A DNA stretch of 64,000 bases from a bacterium. GTDB lineage: Bacteria > UBA8248. Location of the stretch: NCBI GenBank assembly GCA_965225985.1, contig OZ245330.1, positions 3,098,019-3,162,018 of the forward strand. Reading direction: 5' to 3'. The notes under the pieces were generated by a model. That model saw nothing but the letters and a program-made list of their open reading frames with translations. It was not told where the DNA came from and made no database searches. Of this stretch, positions 29,806 through 40,280 are shown piece by piece (position 1 is the stretch's first letter; the number at the start of each line of letters is the position of its first letter). The position numbers and the translations under genes are program-made.

Positions 29806-30092
29806 TCCCCGGCCGGGGCCTTTGTTGGCCCCCGTTGCTGCGGGGAACAGGGGGGAGCGCGCCAAGCGCTTTCTTCCGGCTCTGAGAAATCGGTTCAACA
29901 CGGGTTTCTCTCCTCTCTTTCCTTTTGCTTCTCTCCCATCAGGGCGTTCGGGCGCCGCGACGGGTTCCCATTTCCCGGATCTTCCGGCCCGCCGCGGAAG
30001 GCCCTTTCGACCGACTCCCGCGGGGAGGGAAAAACCCGTGCGGCCGGCCACCCCGGCCGCGCGAGGAGGAATCTAAATGAAAAAGGGACTGG

Positions 30093-30114
30093 GCCAACTA
30101 CCGGAAATTCGGGG
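30093..30114 (+). repeat. Dispersed-repeat core copy (GCCAACTACCGGAAATTCGGGG)
   Basis: Exact core, 40 nt upstream of the capsid gene on the minus strand. Confidence 0.7.
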
Positions 30115-30334
30115 AATTTCGCGCCAGGAAAAAATCCGCACTGTGGGGGGGGAATCCTTTGTTCCGGGGAGAAAAAAGTTCTGGTTGGCATGAGAATGGG
30201 GTTTTCAGATATTTCCCGTTCGGGTTCAGAACCCGCGATCCCGGATTCGGGAGCAACAATCCCATTTTGAGACACGCCCCCGAGGAAATCCGCTTGACGT
30301 TTCCCCCACCCCACCTAATATATTCAATGTCGCG

Positions 30335-31297
30335 TTGCGCCTTGACGATAAGGCAAAAGAGAGGGCGGCGACCGCAGCCGAAGACCGCTTCGGCGTCCCG
30401 GCCGCGCCGCCGAAAGGGCATATGGGGCCTGGATTTTCGGGAGAAAACATTCCGGTTTCGTTGAAACCCCGGCGGCCGCTGAACATTGCCACTTCCCATT
30501 TTCGAGAGGCCCGCTCTTTTCATCCAGATGAGGGGCACACCCCCGTGCGATACAGGCTCCGCGCTTTGACCCTGATCCTGGCCGCGCTTCTCCTGTCCGC
30601 CGCCCTTCCAGGCGGCGTTGCCCGGGCGCAAGAAGTGCCCCGCAAGATGGTTTTCATCCCCGGGGGGCTGTTCTTCATGGGCAGCGACGACAAGGGGAGG
30701 GACGAGCGCCCCCGCCGCCACGTGTACCTGGATCCCTTCTTCATCGACAAGTACGGCGTGACGAACGAGGCGTTCCGCAAGTACGCGCGGCCGGAAAAAT
30801 ATTTCGGCAAAAAGTTCAACGGAAAAAAACAGCCCATCGTGGGAGTAACCTAGTACCAGGCGAGGGACTACTGCCGGTCCGTCAAGAAGCGCCTTCCCAC
30901 CGAGGGCGAATGGGAAAAAGCCGCCCGGGGGCCGGACGGCTCGAAATACCCCTGGGGGAACTTCTGGATCTCGACCAACGTGATCTGGAAGAAAAACAGC
31001 CTGAAAAAGACCCACCCCGTTGACCGGAACTACAACCACAACACGAGCCCCTACGGCGTCTCCGACATGGCCGGAAACGCTTTCGAGTGGGTCCAGGACT
31101 GGTACGACCCGGAATACTACAAGCGGATGCCGGAGCGGAACCCGAAGGGCGCCTCGCGCGGCTTACTGCGCGTCTACCGCGGCGGCGCCTGGGACGTCAC
31201 GACCCAGCACGCCTTCCGCGGCTCCTACCGCTACCGCGGGCACCCCTACAAAACGGTCGACAACCTCGGCTTCCGCTGCGCCCGGGACCCGCGCTGA
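30335..31297 (+). pseudogene. FGE-sulfatase (SUMF1/EgtB/PvdO-type) domain protein with an in-frame TAG at 30851-30853; a reverse-oriented cargo gene between the portal and capsid genes
   Basis: GGLFFMGSDD...RHVYLDPFFIDKYGVTN...IVGVT[TAG][26 protein letters not shown]...[11 protein letters not shown]...RVYRGGAW...GFRCARD. The stop sits where the family has a conserved Trp (TGG). Confidence 0.65.
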
Positions 31298-31315
31298 GCC
31301 GCCGGCCCGCGCCGC

Positions 31316-32707
31316 CTAGGCGCTCCCCTCCACCTCCAACCCGAACTGCGAGGCCAGGTGGGCGAAGAGCTTTCCCGCCGCCCCGTCCTTGATCCAGCCC
31401 CGCCGCGTGGCGAGGTCCAGGGCGCGGCCGATCTCGTGGAGGGCGGCCGAGAGCTTTTGAGTGTCCTTCACGGAAATTTCCGGAAGCACCGCCCGCGCCC
31501 CCGCCCGGGCCGCCTCCTCCGAGAGCCTTCCCGCGCGGCGCGCCTCCGCGAGCTGCTTTTCGGCCATCTGCTGGAGGATGTGGCGCACCGTCCGCTGGCG
31601 CCGGCGCATCCGCTTCAGGGTGGGCTGGTCCATCGACTCCGCCGAGGCCCGGTTCGCGTCCTCCCCCTGGCCGAACCAGTGCTGGGGCACCCCCATCCCC
31701 CCCAGAACGAGCCCGCGCATGAGCCGGGCGAGCCCGCCCGTCCCCGCCTCCCCGGACCGGAGGTCGGGCGAGATCACCTGCCAGGCCTCCTTCTCGTTGT
31801 GCACCCGCACGCTCGCCGGCCGGGGGGCGGCCCCGTTCTGGGCCAGCCACTCGGCGATCCGCTCGGGCCCCGCCCCCTTCAGCGTCACGTCGTAGACAAA
31901 ACTGTTCTGGATGCGGGAGCGCTCGGCCGCGTCGAAGAGAAACCGCTCGTAGATGTCGATCCAGTCGATGGCCGCGAGGATGTCGCTCGTCCCGCGCGCC
32001 GCGTCGCTCGCCTTGTTGATCTGGAAGAGGAACGCCTCCCCGCCCCCGAAGCGCTCGCGCTCGCGCGCCGCCGCCGGGCCCAGGTACTCGCGCGGGTCCC
32101 CGGCCAGCACGGTGCGGACCCGCCGGCCCGGCCCCCCGTCCTCCCGCTTGAGGATCACCCCGATGGGAAGGGCGCAGTTGTCCGGATCCGTCACCACCTC
32201 CTCGATGAGGCGGGGCGAGATGTAGCCCAGGCGCACCCTCCCCTCGAAGCGCGAGACCGCCGCCGGGAGCAGCAGCTCCCCGAAGATGCCCAGCTCGCTC
32301 ACCAGCCGCTCGAAGCGGAGGTCCATCTGGTTCACCGGGTCCTCCCAAAATCCCCGCACCGCCGCCAGCGCCTCCGGGTCCGGGCTCTGCCACGAGATTC
32401 CCTCCCCCACCACGTGGTCGGTCACGATCTCGATGAGCCGCCGCCCCATCAGGTTGGTGAGCCAGAGGTCGTAGGCCAGCCCCTGCATCCGCTCCTGGGT
32501 GTAGCGGGGAACGTCCCCCCGCCGCCCCGAGAGCGAGCGCCAAAGATCCTCGTCCGGATCGATCGAAGTCCCCGGAAAGGCCGCCCGCGCAGGGGAAGCC
32601 CCCCGCGCAGGCGTTGCCCCCGGCTTCGGGGGAGTTGCCCCCTTCCTCGCCGCCTTCTTCGCGCCCGCCGCCGCCACATTCGCCAAGGCCGAACCCTCCC
32701 TTTTCAC
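31316..32707 (-). CDS. Phage portal protein
   Basis: 463 aa. The GTG/ATG start lies within repeat copy L1. The size, charged C-terminus and position immediately upstream of the capsid gene fit a portal. Confidence 0.55.
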   Translation of the reverse strand: MKREGSALANVAAAGAKKAARKGATPPKPGATPARGASPARAAFPGTSIDPDEDLWRSLSGRRGDVPRYTQERMQGLAYDLWLTNLMGRRLIEIVTDHVVGEGISWQSPDPEALAAVRGFWEDPVNQMDLRFERLVSELGIFGELLLPAAVSRFEGRVRLGYISPRLIEEVVTDPDNCALPIGVILKREDGGPGRRVRTVLAGDPREYLGPAAARERERFGGGEAFLFQINKASDAARGTSDILAAIDWIDIYERFLFDAAERSRIQNSFVYDVTLKGAGPERIAEWLAQNGAAPRPASVRVHNEKEAWQVISPDLRSGEAGTGGLARLMRGLVLGGMGVPQHWFGQGEDANRASAESMDQPTLKRMRRRQRTVRHILQQMAEKQLAEARRAGRLSEEAARAGARAVLPEISVKDTQKLSAALHEIGRALDLATRRGWIKDGAAGKLFAHLASQFGLEVEGSA

Positions 32708-32860
32708 CCAAAAATCATCCCGCGTCCGCCCTCTCCCCGCATGGAGAAAGGCCCGGGCCGCAAAGGCGCAAACGCCCCGCGCAGCCCCTTCTACCGGGGG
32801 AGCCTAGCCCAGGCTCGGAGAAAGCCAACTACCGGAAATTCGGGGAGGTTTGTGGGGGGG
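32668..32860 (+). repeat. Long copy L1 (about 190 bp) of the dispersed repeat family; it includes the portal gene's upstream region and first roughly 13 codons
   Basis: About 90% identical to 35531..35725. Contains the core at 32823-32845 and ends in a G-run. Confidence 0.75.
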
Positions 32861-33015
32861 GACGGGGGGGCTTTCTCCTGGGGGAGCCCAGGCCACACGG
32901 GAGAGAGTCAGCTGGCGGATATGCGGGGATGGGTGAGGAGGTGTCGAGCCCGGGCGGGCGGATCCCTCTATAATAATATGTTTTTTCTCACTCGCAATTT
33001 GAGGAACGATCAATA

Positions 33016-33774
33016 GTGCTTGCTTTCTATCTTGATGAATCAGGAACCCACAGCCTTAACCCCATAGAGTCTGAGTACCCAGTATTTGTATTGGCCGGGT
33101 GTCTAATGGACCAATCTTATCACGACAAAACGGCTACCGAGAGAATGAATCAATACAAGACTTGTCTTTGGAGACGAGAGGACATTATTTTGCACACTTC
33201 AGGTATCGTCGGAAAACAAAAAGGGTTTGAAAATTTAAGGGATGAAGCCGAATGGGAGAAGTTTTTAAGAAAAACAAATCGGCTGATGAGCGAATTGGAT
33301 TACATGGTTATCGCTTGCGCCATCCTAAAAAATGCACACAAAGAAAAATATGGTGGGGCGGCCTTTAACCCTTATTGTTTTTCTTTAGAAGTATTGGTTG
33401 AGCGATTGGTTTTTGAACATCGGGATAGAAAAGAAGTGGTTCCCGCTCAGATCATTGCTGAATCAAGGGGTGAAGTGCCTGACAGGCGACTCGATCTTGC
33501 ATGGAAGCGCCTTAAAAGAGATAGAACCTCTTATATTGGAGCAAAGGAAATTCGAACAAGAATCAAAGACGATGTTGTATTTTTTCAGAAAAAAGAAAAC
33601 ATTTACGGGCTTCAGCTAGCGGATTTAGTGGCGAGCCCAATAGGCAGAAAGGTTCTTGGGAGGCTAAGTCAAAATGATTGGGAGATTGTAAAAGGGAAAT
33701 TTCGGACCAACCCAAGAGGAAGGTACACCGGTTGGGGTCTCATTATTTTGCCCAAAAAAGGAAGCGGCCACTAA
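33016..33774 (+). CDS. DUF3800-domain protein
   Basis: Starts MLAFYLDESGTHS.... AT-rich (about 45% GC) island. Confidence 0.7.
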   Translation: MLAFYLDESGTHSLNPIESEYPVFVLAGCLMDQSYHDKTATERMNQYKTCLWRREDIILHTSGIVGKQKGFENLRDEAEWEKFLRKTNRLMSELDYMVIACAILKNAHKEKYGGAAFNPYCFSLEVLVERLVFEHRDRKEVVPAQIIAESRGEVPDRRLDLAWKRLKRDRTSYIGAKEIRTRIKDDVVFFQKKENIYGLQLADLVASPIGRKVLGRLSQNDWEIVKGKFRTNPRGRYTGWGLIILPKKGSGH

Positions 33775-33911
33775 AAGTGACCGCCCCACTCCACGTGTGC
33801 CCAAGTATTGTCCGGGCACCGGTTTTACAATCTAAATATAAGCTTCCGGCTATTCATTTGTCAAATATCACGTAAATTCAACGATTTGCATGGGTTTTGG
33901 CTGTTTATAGG

Positions 33912-34136
33912 TCAGCCTTCCCCTTCGAGCCCCTTAATTGCGGCCACAGCCCTCTGGCCGTCGCTCATCCCCCGGTGGTTCCAGCGGAAATCAAATTCGC
34001 TCAAGTATCGGGGCAAGTGCTCTTTACTGACGTGGTGGAAGGTTCCAATCACGCCACGCTTTATGAGGTTGAAATAGCTCTCGGCAAAATTCGTGTGAAT
34101 GATCCCGCAAAATTTCAGTTGGCCGAAGGCCTCCAC
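33912..34136 (-). mobile_element. Remnant of an IS1595-family transposase (C-terminal fragment only)
   Basis: 74-aa ORF ...IHTNFAESYFNLIKRGVIGTFHHVSKEHLPRYLSEFDFRWNHR... matches the conserved C-terminus of ISXO2/IS1595 transposases. No N-terminal part or inverted repeats were found. Confidence 0.5.
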
Positions 34137-34320
34137 CCCCCGCCCTTCGTGCTAAAATCATCTCATTCAAGAAGCCATCGGGAAAAATTTGCGGGTGAAT
34201 GGTTTCCACGCGCTCTGTTCTCCCACGAGGAGGTGGCCTGCGCTTTCACGCCTCGGGGGCAATAGGGCGCGGCCCGCTCTCCTCATCCATAGCTTATCCA
34301 TTCGAGAGAAAGGGCTCGGT

Positions 34321-35520
34321 ATGCCGATGACCCCTGCCGAGGATCGCATCCTGGCTTGTTTGGACGAAAAAGCCGTCCTGGCGACAACGCGCGAGCTCGT
34401 CCGCAGGCCGAGCGTCAACCCCCCCGGCGACTACGGCGCCGTCGCCGAATTTGTGGAAAATTGCATGAAAGATATGGGCCTCGACGTGGAGATTTCGGAA
34501 GGAACGCCCGGGAGGCCGAACGTGATCGGCCTCCTGCGGGGAGCCGGGGATGGGCCCGCTTTCTGTCTCTCCTCCCACATGGACGTCGTGGACCCCGGGG
34601 ACGGCTCCGCCTGGCGGTTTCCCCCCTTCGAGGCCCGGGTGGAAGAAGGCGTGCTTTGGGGCCGCGGATCGGCCGACTCCAAGGGCATGCTCGCGGGGAT
34701 GCTCGAGGCGGTCCGGGCCATCCGGGACTCCGGCGTGAAACCCAAGGGAGACCTCTATCTGGTGGCCGCCGTGGACGACGAAACCGCAGGGGAGTTCGGC
34801 CTGCGATACCCGTTCCAACAGGGCCTGGTTCCGGCGCGCTCGGCCATCCTGGGCGAGGCTTCGAACTTCGACGTCCCCCACGTCTTCAAGGGCCGGATCT
34901 GGTTCGAGCTGGATGTATTCGGAAAACCGAGCCACGGCGCCTTTCCCCAGGACGGGGTGAACGCCATCCTCAAGGCCTACAAGGTCATCGACGCCATCTA
35001 CGGCATCAAGCTGGGCGGCCATCCCCGCTTGGGGAACGACACCATCAGCCTCGGGACCCTCCGGGGCGGGAAGGTCGTCAACGTGGGTCCAGGGGAATGC
35101 ACGGCGGCCTTCGACGTCCGCTGGGGGCCGCCTCTCGGCAGCCGCGACATCCGGGCAAGGGTGGAAGAGGCCGCAAGGGGGGTCGTACAGAAGGATGGGG
35201 ACTTCGGCGTCGGAAAGATCCGCGCCAGCGAGGAGAGAGACCCCTTGGAGTTTCCGGAAGACTCCCCTCTGATCCGGGCGATCAAATCCGCCTGCCGCAA
35301 GATTCGGGGAAAAGAATCCGGCCTCATCGGCTGGTACTCCAGCGGCGAGGTCTATCACATGTTCCAAGGGGGGCACATCGACTGCGGCACCCTTTTCGGC
35401 CCCGGCGAGCCGCGGCAGGCGCACGCCATCGACGAGCGGATCGCGGTCAAAGACCTGGAAGAGGGCGCCAAAATCTACGCCCTGACGGCCCTGGCCATGT
35501 GCGGCGGGCCGGCCGACTGA
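34321..35520 (+). CDS. M20-family metallopeptidase (ArgE/DapE/acetylornithine deacetylase-like)
   Basis: HMDVVDPGDG, GRGSADSKG, AAVDDETAGEFG and the dimerisation domain are present. Confidence 0.82.
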   Translation: MPMTPAEDRILACLDEKAVLATTRELVRRPSVNPPGDYGAVAEFVENCMKDMGLDVEISEGTPGRPNVIGLLRGAGDGPAFCLSSHMDVVDPGDGSAWRFPPFEARVEEGVLWGRGSADSKGMLAGMLEAVRAIRDSGVKPKGDLYLVAAVDDETAGEFGLRYPFQQGLVPARSAILGEASNFDVPHVFKGRIWFELDVFGKPSHGAFPQDGVNAILKAYKVIDAIYGIKLGGHPRLGNDTISLGTLRGGKVVNVGPGECTAAFDVRWGPPLGSRDIRARVEEAARGVVQKDGDFGVGKIRASEERDPLEFPEDSPLIRAIKSACRKIRGKESGLIGWYSSGEVYHMFQGGHIDCGTLFGPGEPRQAHAIDERIAVKDLEEGAKIYALTALAMCGGPAD

Positions 35521-35530
35521 TCTTCCGGCT

Positions 35531-35725
35531 CCGCCGCCGCATTCGCCGAGACCGAACCCTCCCTTTTCACCCGGAAATCATCCCGCATCCGCCCTCCCCC
35601 CGCATGGAGAAAAAACCGGGCCGCAAAGGCGCAAACGCCCCGCGCAGCCCCGCTACCGGGGGAGCCTAGCCCACACTCGGAGAAAGCCAACTACCGGAGA
35701 TTCGGGGAGTTTTGTCGGGGGGGGG
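35531..35725 (+). repeat. Long copy L2 of the dispersed repeat family, carrying a truncated portal-like 5' gene fragment
   Basis: Core at 35685-35707 (variant GGAGATTCGGGG). The reverse strand encodes (M)KREGSVSANAAAEPED..., similar to the portal N-terminus (M)KREGSALANVAAAGAK. Confidence 0.75.
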
Positions 35726-35754
35726 ATTTTTTTCGTGCCGGAAGCCCGGGGGGA

Positions 35755-36180
35755 TCAGGCCGCCGCCAGCACCTCGTTGATCGTCCCGATGAATTTGGGG
35801 AGGGAAAAGGGCTTGCGGACGAGGGCGGCCACGCCGAGCGCGGCCCGCTCCTCCGGGCCCACCTCCTCGGCGGAGCCTGTCACCACCACGCAGGGCAGCC
35901 GGCGGAGGGCGAGGTGCCCGCGGAGAAAGCGGATGAGCGCCCGGCCGTCCATGCCGGGCATGTCCAGGTCGGTCAGGACGAGGTCGAAGGCGGAAGCCCC
36001 ATCCCGCTCCAGCCCCGCCTCCAGCAGGCTGCGGGCGCGGAGGCCGTCCTCGGCCAGGGCCACGTGCCGGAAGCCGAACGCGCCCAGGGCATCGCCGATG
36101 AAGGCGCGCATCCCCTCGTCGTCCTCGGCCACCAGAACGCGGCAGCCGCGATGGGGGGTGGAAAGTTCCCTGGAGTCCAT
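35755..36180 (-). CDS. Single-domain response-regulator receiver (CheY-like)
   Basis: RVLVAEDDEGMRAF...DLVLTDLDMPGMDG...VVVTGSAE.... Divergent from the cyclase gene at 36689. Confidence 0.7.
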   Translation of the reverse strand: MDSRELSTPHRGCRVLVAEDDEGMRAFIGDALGAFGFRHVALAEDGLRARSLLEAGLERDGASAFDLVLTDLDMPGMDGRALIRFLRGHLALRRLPCVVVTGSAEEVGPEERAALGVAALVRKPFSLPKFIGTINEVLAAA

Positions 36181-36319
36181 CTTCGCCTCACCGGGCGGAA
36201 AGGCAAATTGCGGTGTGCTATTCAAATTGACAACACATCCGCATCACCCAAAGTAACCCCCCGCGAAAGAAAATCGCAAAAGAGCACACGATCTGCGCGA
36301 AAAAGCCGGGAACGCCCGG

Positions 36320-36440
36320 GCCGCCGCCGGGAGAGCCCGGGCCGCAAAGGCGCAAACGCCCCGCGCGGCCCCGCTACCGGGGGAGCCTGGCCCAGACTTG
36401 GAGAAAGCCAACTACCGGAAATTCGGGGAGGCTTGTGTGG
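36320..36440 (+). repeat. Partial copy L3 of the dispersed repeat (3' roughly 110 bp)
   Basis: GCCCGGGCCGCAAAGGCGCAAACGCCCCGCGC...AGCCAACTACCGGAAATTCGGGG (core at 36406-36428) followed by a G-run. Confidence 0.7.
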
Positions 36441-36688
36441 GGGGGGGAATTTTTGGCCCTGAGCAAGGCCTGCGACTACCTTGTTTCGAATGAAGTGGCG
36501 GAGGAATTCTCCGCTTCTTTTTCTTTTTTTCTCGGTTCGCTTCTGGCGCAATTCCTGGACGCGTTGGTCTCGACTTGCCCTCCCTGGTTGCTGCTTCTCC
36601 TCTTTCTTGACCCTCGAATTCGCAACGCTTAGACTTTGCGGGATTTTCCTTACATTTTTGAGGAACCTGAAGGCCGGAGGACCGCTCA

Positions 36689-39600
36689 TGCAGTGCCCCC
36701 GCTGCCAAGTGGAAGCTCCGTCCGACGCGGAGTTCTGCCCCGAGTGCGGGGCGAAGCTCGCGGCCACCTGCGTTCAATGCGGCACCGAAAACGCCCCCAC
36801 CCATAAGTTTTGCAAAAAATGCGGCCAATCCTTGGCCCAGGCCGACGGCGCAGATTCGGCGGCCGCCTCGAAGTTCGCCTCCCCCGAGTCCTACACCCCC
36901 AAGTACCTCGCCGAGCGGATCCTGACCTCGAAGGCGGCTTTGGAGGGCGAGCGCAAGCAGGTGACTGTCCTCTTCGCCGACCTCAAGGGCTCGATGGAGC
37001 TTCTGGCCGACCGCGACCCCGAGGACGCGAGGGCGCTCTTGGATGCTGTCCTCACCCGGATGATGGAAGCTGTCCACCGCTACGAGGGCACAGTCAATCA
37101 GGTCATGGGCGACGGGATCATGGCGCTGTTCGGCGCGCCGCTGGCGCTCGAAGACCACGCGCTCCGCGCCTGCTATGCCGCCCTCGCCATCCAGAATTCG
37201 ATCAAGTCCTTCGCTGAGGAAGCCCGCAGGGAGCACGGCGTCGAGGTGCACATCCGCGTGGGGCTCAACTCCGGCGAGGTCGTGGTGCGGGCCATCGGCT
37301 CGGACCTCCGTATGGACTACACCGCCGTGGGCCAGACGGTGAACCTCGCCTCCCGGATGGAGCAGTTGGCCCAGCCCGGCAGCATTAGGCTTACAGCCGA
37401 CACCCTGCGGTTCGCCGAGGGGTTCATTCAGGCCGAGCCCTTGGGCCCGGTCCCCATTAAGGGGATGAGCGAGGCTGTCGAGGTCTTTGAGCTAACGGGC
37501 GCGACCTCGGGCAGGACGCGCTTTCAGGCCACCGCCGCGGGCGGTCTCACCAAGTTCGTGGGACGCCGGAACGAACTTGAAGACCTTCAGGGCGCGCTCA
37601 ACAAGGCAGAAGAAGGACATGGGCAGATCTTTGCCACTGTCGCCGAGGCGGGCGTAGGCAAATCGCGCCTCTACTGGGAGTTCACCCGCTCGCACAGAAC
37701 GAAAGACTGGATGGTCATCGAGAGCGGTTCGGTCTCCTACGGCAAGGCGACGGCCTACAAGCCCGTCATCGATCTCTTGAAAGCCTATTTCTCGGTCGAG
37801 GATTCTGACGACCACCGCCGTATCCGGGAAAAAGTGACGGGCAAGGTCCTGACCCTCGATGAATCGCTCACGCCGGCGATTCCCCCCGTTCTCTCTCTTC
37901 TCGAAGTGCCGATTGAGGACGAAGGCTGGACGAATCTCGACCCGCCCCAGCGGAGACAGCGGACTCTCGACGGCGTGAAGGGTCTCCTTCTCCGCGAGGC
38001 GAAGGTCCAGCCGCTCTGCCTCGTATTCGAGGACCTTCACTGGATAGATACCGAGACGCAGGCGCTGCTCGACTCTCTGATCGAAAGCCTGCCGGGTGCG
38101 CGGGCGCTTTTGCTGGTCAACTACCGGCCCGAGTACGAGCACGGATGGGCGAACATGAGCTTCTACACGAGGCTTCGCCTCGACCCGCTTTCCTCGGAGG
38201 GAGCGGCGGAGCTTCTGGCCGCTATTCTCGGCGGGGATCCTGCCTTGGACCCGCTCAAGAAGCTCCTCATCGAGCGCACCGAGGGAAATCCCTTCTATCT
38301 CGAAGAATCCGTCCAGACCCTCATTGAGAGCGAAGCCCTGGTGGGGGCTCCCGGCGCCTATCTGCTGACGGAGGAGGTTTCCAAGATACAGGTGCCCTCC
38401 ACCGTTCAGGCGATTCTCGCCGCCCGCATGGACCGCCTTCCGCCTGAGGAAAAACGCCTGCTTCAGACAGCCTCTGTAATCGGAACACATATGTCTTATC
38501 CTTTGCTCGCAGCTATTGCCGAGATGTCCGAGGAAGAGCTGAACCGGGGCCTTTCGGCCCTACAGGCTTCCGAGTTCCTCTACGAGACGAACCTTTTTCC
38601 GGAGCGCGAATTCACCTTCAAGCACGCCCTGATACACGAGGTGACTTACGGGAGTCTGGTCCAAGAGACCAAACGGGCCCTCCACGCGCTGGTGATCGAA
38701 GTATATGAGAGGGTCTACCCTGACCGCCTGAGCGAACACCTCGATACGCTCGCCCACCACCTTGTTCGGGGTGAGGTCTGGAGCAAGGCGTCCAAGTATT
38801 TTCGCCCGGTCCTCAGCATGTCCCCCGATATCTGGGGGACGGGTGATCATATGCAAACCATTGAGTTGGGCCAGCGCGACCTGGCGTCGGCGGCGAATTA
38901 TCGGAATTTCGGCCTGGAAGTGATGGCCAGCCTCCGCGTTGGCCTGGCCTGCCATGCGTTGGGGGATTATCCTCGGGCGGAGGAGTTGTTTGGGCGGAAC
39001 GTGGCAATGCTGGAAGGCGACCTGACCCGCGAACGCTTCGACCTGCCCGGCATCGCCTCCGTGCTCTCTCGCACCGGGCTGGTCCTATGCCTCGCCGAGG
39101 AGGGAAAGTTCGCCGAAGGAGTCGTGTGCGCTGAAGAAGCGGTCCTGATCGCCGAAGGGGCAAATCACCCGTACAGCATCGCTGTAGCGCAGTTCGGCCT
39201 TGGGTTCTTATATTTCTTCAAAGGGGATTACGCTAAAGCCATTCCCGTGCTCGAGGATGGCCTGGCCTGTGCGCAGGCAGCGGACATCCCGCAGTTGTTC
39301 CCGCTTATTGCATCGCCCTTGGGCGCCGCATATGCGCGCGGCGGGCGGCTGTCGGAAGCTCTGCCCCTCTTGGAGAAGGCTGTGGAAGAAGCCGCTGCTA
39401 CTAAACTCATGATCCATCAGTCGCTCCGGACTGCCTGGCTGGGCGAGGCCCATCTGCTGGCCGGGCGGCTGGACGAGGCGAGTCAATTTGCCCAGCGGAG
39501 CCTGGAACTCTCCCGCAGGCACAAGGAGCGGGGCCATGAGGCGTGGGCCCTCCGGCTCCTCGGCGAGATCGCCTCGCGTTGTGATCCCCCGGACGCCGAG

Positions 39601-39822
39601 AAGGCAGAAGACCACTATCGTCAGGCCCATCCTTTGGCCGAGGACCTGGGGATGCGCCCCCTGCTGGCGCTCTGCCTCCTCAGCTCAGGCTCCCATTACC
39701 GCCGGGTGGAGCGGGCGGAGCAGGCCCGGGCCGAACTGTGCGCAGCGGTCGAGCTCTTCCGCTCCATGGGGATGTCTCACTGGCTGCCCCGGGCGGAAGC
39801 GGAGCTCGCCGAGGCGGGATGA
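36689..39822 (+). CDS. Double zinc-ribbon / class III adenylate-guanylate cyclase / STAND (AAA_16) ATPase / TPR protein
   Basis: Two CxxC...CxxC ribbons at the N-terminus. Cyclase catalytic-domain blocks (VTVLFADLKGSMEL, GDGIMALFGAP). Walker A 'AEAGVGKSRL'. C-terminal TPR-like repeats. Confidence 0.82.
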
Positions 39823-40009
39823 AGCGCCCCTGCGGGCGGACCAGTCGCGAAAATCCACTTTCTTGACGGCCTCCCCCGGGTTCGAATAAACTTACATGGA
39901 ACCCTCTTTTAACTGCCCGTCCCCGCTGGGGGTACCCGGCGAGGATTTTTGCGTCACGCCTCCGTTGTTCACGTCGACGATGGTATTTGCGAGAAGAAGG
40001 AACCGCGAG

Positions 40010-40252
40010 ATGCCCCTTTTCCTTGATATTCATAACAAAATCAAGGGCTTGACGGCCGCCGCGGCCCACCGGCAGGACCTCGAAGTTCAGCACAAGTACG
40101 GGGTCAAGTACCTAAGGTATTGGTTCGACGAAGGCACCGGCAAGGTCTTCTGCTTGATTGAGGCCCCGAACAAAGAAGCGGCCGTGGCCGTGCACCGCGA
40201 GGCCCACGGTAACGTTGCGGACGAGATCATCGAGGTCGAAGAAGGTCACTAG
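40010..40252 (+). CDS. DUF4242-family small protein
   Basis: MPLFLDIHNKIKGLT...YWFDEGTGKVFCLIEAPNKEAAVAVHREAHG.... Confidence 0.55.
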   Translation: MPLFLDIHNKIKGLTAAAAHRQDLEVQHKYGVKYLRYWFDEGTGKVFCLIEAPNKEAAVAVHREAHGNVADEIIEVEEGH

Positions 40253-40280
40253 CCACAGAAGTCGCCATTTCAGTTGAAAT

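Noticed and set aside
32790-32830. Sigma-54 (-24/-12) promoter inside the dispersed repeat (TGGCCCAGACTTGGA in copies L3 and L4)
   Set aside because: The GG-N10-GC match is present only in some copies; L1 and L2 have TAGCCCAGGCTCGGA. The conserved -12 GC is replaced by GG.
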